From Okamejei kenojei (lineage: Eukaryota), in the NCBI GenBank assembly GCA_035221665.1, contig JAVHYY010000154.1, positions 434,001-498,000 of the forward strand: 64,000 nucleotides of DNA, read 5' to 3'. The notes beneath the pieces were generated by a model, which saw only the letters and a program-made list of their open reading frames with translations, was not told the origin of the DNA and searched no databases. This document shows positions 12,794-22,659 of the stretch, piece after piece (position 1 is the first letter of the stretch; each line of letters starts with the position of its first letter). The position numbers were made by a program, and so were the translations under genes.

Positions 12794-13085
12794 GTTCTCA
12801 CCTCGATTTGCCCGGCAATCACAAAATTCGCTGACCAATTATTCCAGGAGTTTCAGACCAACCAGTAACTGTCCTTGCTCCCCAATCCTCGCTGGGTCGA
12901 CCGGTTCCAGCTAAGAAACAGAGCTAAGAGCAGAGTGATCCCCCACGCAGGCTGGTGTGCTTTGACAAACACTCAACCAATTATTAAGGAATGTTAACGG
13001 AATGTGGTAATCCCTATGCAATTTAACTGGACTACAGCGTCAGTTCTGGTTCCGGAACCCAAGAACATATATGTTGAATGGGGTG

Positions 13086-13156
13086 AGTTTTTATTCGACC
13101 CTGCTACACTGTGGATATCCCCGTCCCACACGTTGTTTCACGTCAGTTTCAAATCC
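13086..13156 (-). other. D segment, cassette 1 (13114-13128, TGGGACGGGGATATC) with 12/12 RSSs
   Basis: 3' RSS: CACAGTG (13107-13113), 12 nt, ATAAAAACT (13086-13094). 5' RSS: CACGTTG (13129-13135), 12 nt, TTCAAATCC (13148-13156; weak). G-rich core open in all three frames. Confidence 0.85.
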
Positions 13157-13480
13157 CCTGGCGCCCGACAAGTCGGGCGGGCAGGAGATTAACGTTCAGC
13201 GAATGTTTTTTTCAGATTGCATTTCCTGTAACTAGATCCCGTCTGGAGTTGTGCATTAGAAGAGTGGTCAGTCATTCTCGATGGCAGTTCGTTTACACCA
13301 TTTTCGGGAAAGGAGGCATTATCCAGCCGCATTCGCCAAATAGAGAAACCCTATTGTTTGAATCGCACGTATTTCATCCGGTACAACCTAGAATGCAGGG
13401 CAGGCGGGACAAAGCGGGACGGTGGGTTACCCCACGGATTCACCTCGCGTCTTCACGTTGTTACTAGAATCTCCCTTCAG

Positions 13481-13518
13481 GGTTTTAGTATTGCTGGAAC
13501 CGCAGACCCATCACTGTG
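13481..13518 (-). other. RSS (22-nt spacer, 23-class) of NAR-TCR V, cassette 1
   Basis: CACAGTG 13512-13518, 22-nt spacer, ACTAAAACC 13481-13489. Confidence 0.92.
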
Positions 13519-13811
13519 CTTTCTCCACCTGTACTCAGCATGACAGATATAGGTGGCCATGTCCTCAACTCTCAAACCACGAATTGTCAACGTAAAGGTC
13601 TTTTTCGCTTTATTGGTCGACACAACAACCCGTCCACCTGTTCTGATCCGCTGCCGTTCAGCACCGGGTTGTGCTTGCTTGAAGAAATATCCTACTTTAA
13701 ATTCGTAGCTTCCACTGGAACCTTCCTGGAATAGGCAGGTGATTGTGAGGGGTTGGCACTCTTTTCCAGTCACCGCATTCGGGCTCTGGGTCACTGACTG
13801 ACTGAAGGTGT
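13519..13811 (-). CDS. NAR-TCR (IgNAR-like) V exon, cassette 1
   Basis: Acceptor ccacag then TFSQSVTQSPNAVTGKECQPLTITC..GYFFKQ..RIRTGGRVVVSTNKAKKTFTLTIRGLRVEDMATYICHAEYRWRK. Short FR2-CDR2 as in IgNAR V, extra FR1 Cys, 3' RSS. Confidence 0.92.
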
Positions 13812-13962
13812 CTGTGGATGAAACACAGGGAGAGGTGAGTGGGAATTTGAGGCGCACCACGGAAGAAGGATAAATCGTGGACAGTGTTTGAAATTCATGT
13901 CGGAGTGGACTCTTGTTTTATGTTAAACCCGCACTGTGTGGGAGTAGGGGACCGGTACTCAC

Positions 13963-14005
13963 GGCGTAAGCACAGTGACAGTACAAAAAACAGGAGGATT
14001 CCCAT
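13963..14005 (-). CDS. Leader exon of NAR-TCR V, cassette 1 (MGILLFFVLSLCLR)
   Basis: ATG at 14005, 43 nt, hydrophobic, donor C|GTGAGT, phase 1 in frame with the V exon. Confidence 0.9.
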
Positions 14006-14027
14006 CGCGCGTTCTCCGGAAAATAAT

Positions 14028-14270
14028 GGTTTACGTGACGAGATGTTGGAGCTCAGGTTTCCCGACAGATCCTGCCCCTGTCCCGGTGAACGTGCCGCAA
14101 CCTTGGCTGGCCCTTTCGTTTCGGTGCAGGCGGTGTTCTGGGAATTTCTGAAAATGAATGTGCGAGGAGAGGAAAGTTTGAGAAGAGGATCGTTAAATCT
14201 GCTGATTTGTTTGGTGGCCTGGCATCTGATGTGAAGCATCTGATGTGTCTCTGACGTTTCTCTGACGTTC
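14028..14270 (-). promoter_or_regulatory. Putative NAR-TCR V promoter (CRE half-sites and E-boxes)
   Basis: TTACGTGACG at 14031-14040, CATCTG E-boxes at 14223 and 14237, TGACG at 14252 and 14263. The CRE motifs and one E-box recur upstream of the other two leaders. Function is inferred. Confidence 0.4.
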
Positions 14271-14874
14271 AGTAGACCATTTGAACCATTCAGGCAACTG
14301 AACACATGGGGGTAGTAGATAGCATGAAGGCACAATCCTCTCTCCAATCGGTCAGAAGATATAGAAGTGTGCAAACTCACACTTCCAGATTTAGGGACTG
14401 TTTATTACCTGCAGTTATCAGGCAACTGAACCATCCTAACACAACTCTAGAGCCGTACTGCAATATTATCTACCTCATGAGGAAAGAACCTCCTCAACCA
14501 GAGAGTTGTGAATCTGTCGAATTCACTTCCACAGAAGACAGTGAAGGAGAATTACTGGATGCTTCAAGAAATAATTAGATTTAGCTCTTGGGGCGAAAGG
14601 AATCAAGGGATACGGGAAGTAAACAGGAACGGGGTGCTAATATTAGAGGATCATCCATAATCATATTGAATGGCGGTGCTGGCTCGAAGGGCCGAATGGC
14701 CTACTCCTGCATCGACTTTTCTGTTTCTTTGTTTCGAAATTGCTTACCCATTAAAGAAAATAAATTGTTCAATATTCAGTCTGAAGAAGGGTCTCGACCC
14801 GAAACGTCGCCTATCTCCTTCGCTCCTTAGATGCTGCTGCACCCGCTGAGTTTCTCCAGCTTTTGTGTACCCCC

Positions 14875-16490
14875 CCTGTTCAATATCCCCCTCCATCTCT
14901 TTTGGCTCTGCAGATAGCTGTCCATTCTGGCTCTCTAATGGTCCAATTTTATCCCTCGTTATTCTTTTGCTATTAATATAGCTGTAGAAACCCTTTGGAG
15001 TTACTTGCACCTTTCTTGCTAAAGCAACCCCATATCTTCTTTTAGCCTTCCTGATTTCTTTATTAAGATTCTTTTTACATTCTTTATACTCCTCTAGCAT
15101 CTCATTTACTCTATGCCTCCTATAATTATTGTAGATATCTCTCTTTTTTCGAAACGTGTCCAATTTCCCTTGAAAACCATGGCTCTTTCCAATTTTTACT
15201 ATTTCCTTTCAACTTAACAGGGACATAAAGATTCAGTACTCTTACAATTTCCCTTTAAAAAATGTCCTCCATTTCTCTTCTACATCCTTTCCCATGAAAC
15301 AAAGTGGTCCCAATTCACTCCTTTAAAATCCTTATCGCATTCCCTCAAAAGTTAGCCTTCCTGCTCAATCAAAAATCTGCACCCTAGGTCCAGTTCTGTG
15401 GAGGTGGTCTACGCTCTCATAATTTATTTTGAAACTAATGGTATTGTCACTTGATGAGAACATATGCCATTTTATTTTTATTTTTATATTTTTTATATAT
15501 TATAGTATTAACACCTGATGGAGATTAGTATTGCTCACAAAAGCATACCGAAGATCCGTCACCTGACCCTCCTCATTTCCTAGCAGGAGGAGAATCCAGC
15601 CACTGCCGTACGTGACTTTCTCTGGTCGATACCTCTATGTATCTGCTGCAAAAACTATCCTGCACACAATTTTGCAAACTGCAAACCATCCAGCCATTAA
15701 CGGAATGTGTTTTCCCAGTCTATTTTGAAAATTGAAATTCTCCCACAATCACTACCTTGTGCTTACTCGAATATGTGCTATCTCCTAATATATTTGCTAT
15801 TACAATTCTCGCTCCCCATTTGGCGGTCTACAATACACCCCAGATGTGTTGCTACACGTACCCACTTCTACTGTTCCACCCAAATAGCCTCCCTAGAACC
15901 CGAGTCTAACTATCCGTGCCAAAGCACTGCTGTAATATCCTTTCTGACAAGCATGCAACACCTCCAACCTCCTGGTCCCCCAATTCTATCTCACGTACAT
16001 CCTGAAGCAACGAAATCCTGGAATATTTAGTTTGTTTCACAATCCCAGCCCCTCCTGCAACCTTGTTTCATTGATTGCCACATCCCTGCCGCATCATATT
16101 TATCCAGGTGATAAATCCAGCTTGCTAAGTTTCATCCACACTTTCTTACAATGCTGCTAGCATTAAAATATACACATTTTAGAAACCGCACATCCCTTAT
16201 TCTCTGTCTATTATCTTTTTCCTGTAGGGGGGGGGGGGGGGGGGGGTATTTTAATTGTTTTGGGGTTTTTTTTTTTGTTTTCCCCCGCCCTCGCCTACAT
16301 ATTGTGTCCGAATGCTTAGAACCCTTCTCTGCCTCTTGCCCCAGCACCCCTGTCCCCTTGCCCCCCCCCCCCCCATTGGACCCCTAGAGTCCCTCCCCTG
16401 GCCTTTCTTAAAAAATAAGGGATTGATAAGTAAAAACTTCCCAGTAGCCTTTGCAAATCTCCCTGCCAGGATATTGGGGTCCCCCTCGAA
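14875..16490 (-). mobile_element. CR1 fragment (APE/ORF2 part), indel-rich
   Basis: Colinear with 4968-6345, with many indels. Confidence 0.85.
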
Positions 16491-16789
16491 TATAAAATGT
16501 ATATAAGTAACATTTTCTTGCTACGTGAGCATGTATATCCATGAACTACAACGTGCGAGGAAATTTGGGCCGAGAGACCGATTATCGGAACAGCTAATAC
16601 GTAGCTCAGATCAAGAGTCGCATAAAGAGGAACAAGGAGATTGCAATTTAGGCAGCGGTAGAGGCCGGGCGATTTTTTTATTGGGCGCTTGTGTTGGGGG
16701 GCGCTGTCACTGAGCTGCGTTTTTAACTCGTTCGGTGATATAATTTTTTTTTTCTGGAATAGGGTTCAGATAAAGGAACTGCAACAAGA

Positions 16790-17140
16790 AACAAGGCTGG
16801 CAGCATCAGCAAGGACCCATACCATCCTGGTCACACACTCATCTCCCCACTAACGTCAGGTAGAAGGAACAGGAGCCTGAAGACTGCAGCGTCCAGGCTC
16901 AGAAATAGCCGCTTCCCCACTGCCATCAGGCTATTAAACTCAACTGAAATAAATCTCTGAACACTAATGGACAAGTTATCTGTTTATTTTGCAGCATTTA
17001 TCTGCTTATTTATGATGTGTGTATATATTTTATATAATGGCATTATGGACTCACTGATATGATTTGTTCTGTATTCGTGCTATTATATTCTGTTGTGCTG
17101 ATGGCAAAGCAAGATTTCATTGTCCTATCTGGCACATATT
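16790..17140 (+). mobile_element. Rex1/Babar-like LINE 3' end
   Basis: AGSISKDPYHPGHTLISPL..SGRR; matches the longer copy at 57650-57990. Confidence 0.75.
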
Positions 17141-17834
17141 AAATAAATTCTCTTGGACGTCCATATTTGATCCAATTCGACTGTTTTCTCTCTTTTGTTC
17201 TGTCTTTCCCCAAAACGCCACTTTTCGGAGATATATCCGACCCTGTGTGACCTGTGTGACCAGTGGATATGCTGAAATGCCTGTCATGCGTCGCGCTCTC
17301 TCCCTGTTATCGCTGTTTGGAAACGCGACTAGAAAAGGTACAGCACTCGCCGGCAATTTTCACTGGCGTCGTTGGGATAGTTTGAGATTTGCAAATCCAT
17401 GGCTCACTGTGTGTCTGTTGGAAATGTCGCCAAGGGGGGGGAGGGGGGGGGGGGGGTGCAATGATGTGATTTTGATATTACATGGGCAAACAATAGATGG
17501 TATATTAAAACATGTGTAAGTAATGTCCCCAGGGGTGTAACTCGTCGCCTGTTTTCTCTTTTATTTTCTTTATAAATATGCCAGATATTGGTTTGTTTCG
17601 CTGACAACCCCTTAGCGGCTCCACCAGGCGTGATCGCCTGGACTTTCGCATTAAAATGCACGGTATTCCGATCGAGGAAAAAATAGGACTTGTCTATTAT
17701 CCGATTCTGGCAGCAATCGGTTTACCGGGTAGGTAATTGTCGGCACATTTCATGGAACCAACAATGAATGTTTGAAAAGCGCAGAGTATTAAAGGTTAAG
17801 TGAACATACCGAATAGTCCAGCAGGAGCTAGAGC

Positions 17835-18028
17835 GCACGGTGGCGCAGCACTAGAGTAGTTATCTTACAGCGCTTGTCTGTACGGAGTGTGTGCGTTCTA
17901 CCCGTTACCTTTTGGGTTTTCCCAGATACCTTCGGTTTCCTCCACACTCCATAAAAGTGAAATACATTGTCCCTTGTGTGCGCCAGCTTGTGTTAGTGTG
18001 CGCGCTGTATCCCTAAACTAAAACGAAA
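17835..18028 (+). mobile_element. Degenerate tRNA-SINE in the GPCR intron (paralogue at about 58657-58850)
   Basis: cacggtggcgcagc head, V-domain-like core, ctaaa tail. Confidence 0.65.
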
Positions 18029-18839
18029 CATGGAATTTACATTCTTGGAGCGAAGAAGCGCGTTTGTATATTTGATGTATGCTGCTCAGCGAAGCTAGCA
18101 GAAATGTAGGTCCTTCACGGACGTTTTACTAAAATCAATGCCGGTCGTGAGCATGCACTGTTGCGAAGTGAAGGGCAACCTGGTCCTCGCTGTGAGTGCA
18201 GTTTCTATTCCACTGTTCGTTCTCATTCGGCAGAACGAGAAATACACCCGTCCAGTAATTTGGCACTGCATTTTGTGTATCGCTCTTAAATTCTCATAGC
18301 AATAATTTCGTTGGGACAGATTTGAAGGTCATACGAACAACCTGCTCCAGTGAAAACAAAGAACTAGTTAACTCAGTCAGTCTTGCAGCATCTCTGGAGG
18401 ACGGACGCAGTCGACGTATCGGTTTGGGATCATTTTTCCGATCGGATTCTGAAGAACGGGCTCGAGATGATACATCGCCTATGTATGTCGTCCAAAGATA
18501 TGGCTTGCGCCACTGACACACTCCAGCACTTGGTCTTGTCAGGTACAGTACGGAAGTCCGCCGGCTGTTCGGCAGAAAATACCTGCCTAAATGTTGTTAG
18601 CCGTGTTTGTGAAGCGTGTTTGTAATTATATTTGCAATGCTTCACTGAACCCATTTCCTTGGTCTCATGTTCGGAAATGCATTCTTGAAGGTCCAATGGA
18701 AAACAAATCCTGTTAATCCAGACCACGATTGACTCAATGCCCCGATGCAAAAGTTGCTCAGGTCTCAGCAATAGAAACGACACTGCGCATTTGAATTTAC
18801 CGTTGTAAAAGTTAAATCAAATATTTGATATTGGAAGGG

Positions 18840-19070
18840 TAGAAACATAGAAACATAGAAATTAGGTGCAGAGTAGGCCATTCAGCCCTTCGAGCCTGCA
18901 CCGCCATTCAATATGAAAGTCATGGCTGATCATCCCAATCAGTATTCCCGTACCTGCCGTCTCTCCATACCCTCTGATCCCCTTAGCCACAAGGGCCACA
19001 ATCCAACTCACTCTTAAATATAGCCAATGAACTGGCCTCAACTACCCTCTGTGGCAGAGAGTTCCAGAGC
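18840..19070 (-). mobile_element. CR1 3'-end insertion specific to cassette 1
   Basis: (tagaaaca)n tail plus CR1 3'UTR; absent at the equivalent sites near 37165 and 59652. Confidence 0.8.
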
Positions 19071-20950
19071 TCATCCCTCTTAGTTCTGATTTGATCGACG
19101 GTAATTTGGATTGTTAATTTCATTTTTAGATACACTGACTGACCTGTTGAAAATGTTCTATATTTTACATCAAAATCAAACTATTTGCATAATGTTGTGA
19201 AGATTAGTACAAACGGCAATCCAACTAATTTTGGTAAATAGGATCATAATAATTTTCAGATTACATTTCTGTTTACCAAAATTGGATTGCCTTTTGTCCT
19301 ACTATTTCCATCTTCATGTCCTTCTCTTTTCATCTTCATGTCTACATAAGGCAATCCCACTAATTTTGGAAATCACGTATTTAATAATTTACTGATTGAA
19401 CTTCTTTCTGGCAAACGAATGACGGATGATTGTCCCAAATATTAATTCGTTAAATAAATAGTCTCTACTACTAGCGACACAGGGTTAAATTACTCAGTCA
19501 GCTCCCTTCCACCAGCCCGTACACCACACAATTAATTAATTTCTGTTTTCATTCTTTCCCAGTGAATGTAATGGCGATTTTGATCTTGTCCCGTGGCACG
19601 TGCGGATTTTCCAAGTGCATCACTCGTTACATGGTAGCCATGGCTTCCGCTGATCACTCTGTGATTCTCTGTGAAGTGATACTTCACAGGATTGCTGATC
19701 TTTATTGGTGGCATGCTTCCTTGCCCTACACTCCTTTCTGCAAAATAACGATCTTCCTGGCATCCGTCACGGTGAATTGTTCTGTATGGTTCACAGATAC
19801 TTTCACTTTTGATCGCTTTGTTGCGATCTCTACTCAGAACATGAAAATTAAATATTGCACCGATAGAACCGCGTCGATTGTTATCCTGACAGTGATCCCA
19901 TTCGTCTGCATCAAAAACCTACCCTTGCCCTTTCCCTACGTTCCTTATCCCGGATTGGGTAGACCGCATGGCTGCCGCAAACATGACCATTTTTACATGC
20001 GTCGGGAATGGATGTTGTTCTCTTGGACCGAACAGTTGTTCACCCCGGCGGTACCATTCTGCCTGATTTTGTTTGTTTAACAAAAAAAAAAACGCTCACC
20101 GTCAGACGTATTTTCGTGGCCAGTCGAATCCGCAGGAATCTCCGAGAACTCAGGGTGGGGGTGAAAAGAAAGACCAGGAGATATTGAACCGCAGACGGTC
20201 GGTCGTTTTACTTCTGGCAATCTCGAGCTGCTTCATCCTCCTCTGGACCACAAGTGGCACATTTTATAGCGTATTGGAAGTTTGAAAGTGTTTATGCGCA
20301 AGGCCTGGACAGACTATGTGGGTGGATTGGAAAGGGTTGGATTTATGCTTCAGCTACTGAGCTCCTGCACCAACACGGCGATTTACACCGTGGACATAGA
20401 GCTAGATCAGAGAGGAGCTGTTCCGTGTGCTAACTTATCCGGTCACTTGCACTGGAAAGATATTTAAAATCGGGAAAGTGTAAGTTACAATAATATAACA
20501 ACAACGAGTGGACCAGCTGGCTTCATGCGTTGCTTTGCTGTAGGGTTAAATGTGAAAAGATAGCATTTTAATGTGTGGACATTTTATGTCCATTCGCCCT
20601 GTCGGGCATGCCTACCTGCTTAGTAGGTTCATGGGGTCAATTTAGTCGCACCTCTTGTACGTTTCATCATGTGCCCCCGCTCAATCATTCAACTCTGTGT
20701 TTTCATGAATATGTATACATATGCCTGGAACTTATTGTTTTCAAAACGAGCGAAGATTTTTAGTTGAATAGGTGCAACGGGTTGTATTTATGATTTCCTT
20801 TCATCATTGAAAACACGTATCATTGCACATTAACGAGGTTTTCGGTTTAAAGCGGATCTGCTGTTTTAGCAGCGGGTGATCTAGATTTTGTAAAGTTCCA
20901 TACAGATACCGTGCTTAACATACGTTCACTATGGGGAAGACCTATATCGA

Positions 20951-21860
20951 TATTAGTGATCTGGAGGAGGGAATCGAATGCAGCATCTCCAAGTTTGCGG
21001 ATGCCACGAAGCTGGGGGGCAGTGTTAGATGTGGGGAGGATGCTAGTACAATGTGGATAAATGAGAGGTTATCCAGGTTGGTGGCAAAAACAGGAGGGTA
21101 GATTATTATCTGAATGGTGGCCGATTAGGAAAAGGGGAGATGCAACGAGACCTGGGTGTCATGGTACACCAGTCATTGAAAGTAAGCATGAAGGTGCAGC
21201 AGGATGTGAATACAGCGAATGGTATGTTGGCATTCATAGCAAAAGATTTTGAGTACAAAAGCAACGATATACAGAGTCTTGGTGAGGCCACACAAGGCGT
21301 ATGTGTACAGTTTTGGTCTCTTAATCTGAGAAAAGACATTCTTGCCATAGAGGGAGTACAGAGAAGGTTCACCAGACTGATTCCTGGGATGGCAGGACTT
21401 CCATATGAAGAAAGACTGGATAGACTCGGCTTGTACTAGCTGGAATTTAGAAGATTCAGGCGGGATCTTATAGAGAGTTACAGAATTCTTAACCGTATGG
21501 ACAGGCTAGATGCAGGACGATTGTTCCCGATGTTGGGGAACTCCAGAACAAGGGGTCACAGTTTAAGGATAAGGGGAAAGTCTTTTAGGGCCGACATGAG
21601 AACATCATTTTTCACACAGAGCGTGGTGAATATGTGGAACTCTCTGCCACAGAAGGAAGTTGAGGCCAGTTCATTGGCTATATTTAAGAGGCAGTTAGAT
21701 GTGGTCCTTGTGGCTAAAGGGATCAGTGGGTATGGAGAGAAGGCGGGTACAGGATACTGAGTTGGATGATCAGCCATGAACATATTGAATGGCGGTGCAG
21801 GCTCGAAGGGCTGAATGGCCTGCTCCTGCACCTATTTTCTATGATTCTGTGATTCTATGA
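20951..21860 (+). mobile_element. 5'-truncated CR1, shared with cassette 3
   Basis: RT C-terminal ORFs 21140-21760 and (attctatg)n tail. Empty site atcga|aagtaa at 38964 in cassette 2. Confidence 0.9.
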
Positions 21861-22583
21861 AAGTAAAGCTATAGGTGAGGTGTGCCAGAAATACAAAAAT
21901 CACGAGAGGAATGGACCGGGTAGATGCACGGAATATTTTGCCCACGAATCGAAATCGACTACGAGAGGACACAGGTTGATAAGGAGAAAGGCAAACATGT
22001 TCAATAGCAATCCGTGGGAAACAGTTTCACACAAAGGTAGTGGGTGTATGGAATAAGCTGCAAACAGGAGGTTAGTCGAGTCTGGGACTATCCCAATCGT
22101 TTAAGAAAAACAGAGGGTTAGACAGGTACATAGATATGAGACATTGAAGGGATATGGACCAAACGCAGGCAAGTGGGACTAGACGATAGAGAATAGCTGC
22201 AGGAGTAGGCCATTCGGCCCTTCGAGCCTGCACCACAAAAGTCATTCAATGTGATCATCGCTGATCATTCCCAATCATTGGCAAGCCTTCCCCCCATGAC
22301 TCCACTATTAATTTTACAGAGCCCTATACAGCACTCTCTTGTAAGCATCCAGCGAACCCGGCCTCCACCACCCTCTGAGGCAGATAATACACAGACTCGC
22401 CACGCTCTGTAAGAAAAAGTTTTCCTCTTTTCCGTTCTAAATGGCTTTACGCCAAGGGAGTATTTGTTAAAAATGGGGCCCCTGGTTTCTGGTCTCCCTC
22501 ACATCGTGAACATGTATCCTGCCCTCTCGCGTGTCCAAGCCCTTGACAAACTTATCTCTTTCATAGAAACATAGGAATTAGGT

Positions 22584-22655
22584 AATAATAATAATAATAA
22601 TAAATATAATAATAATAATAATAATAATTAATAATAATATTAATAATAAATAACT
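22584..22655. repeat. (AAT)n microsatellite
   Basis: Direct reading; probably the tail of the adjacent minus-strand LINE. Confidence 0.9.
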
Positions 22656-22659
22656 TTAT

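Larger units (their letters stand above)
17656..20483 (+). pseudogene. GPR139-like class A GPCR, cassette 1 (exon 1 17656-17728; exon 2 from 19563)
   Basis: Exon 1 MHGIPIEEKIGLVYYPILAAIGLP G|GTAGGT. Exon 2 after ttcccag: VNVMAILILSRGTCGFSKCITRYMVAMA..FTFDRFVAI..LQLLSSCTNTAIY. Frameshifts after about 20070; TAG at 20397 and 20403. Confidence 0.85.

Noticed and set aside
12930-12975. Possible second D or RSS between D and J (cacgcag..acaaacact)
   Set aside because: Poor heptamer, 14-nt spacer, no opposing RSS.
13932-13977. CACTGTG ... CACAGTG pair flanking 32 bp across the leader donor, resembling a D segment (present in all three copies)
   Set aside because: No credible nonamer at 12 or 23 spacing (ACAAAAAAC lies only 5 nt away); the second heptamer is leader coding sequence.
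8649-14005. Interpretation as an IgNAR/IgW/IgM cluster
   Set aside because: No constant exons follow J; the next exon is a TCR-type V with its own RSS, and only one D is present.
18294-18783. Recurring short ORFs here and at about 36900 and 59137-59598 (also 11412, 12167, 13111 and their paralogues)
   Set aside because: Recurrence is explained by the segmental duplication; frames and stops are not conserved and no protein motif is recognisable.
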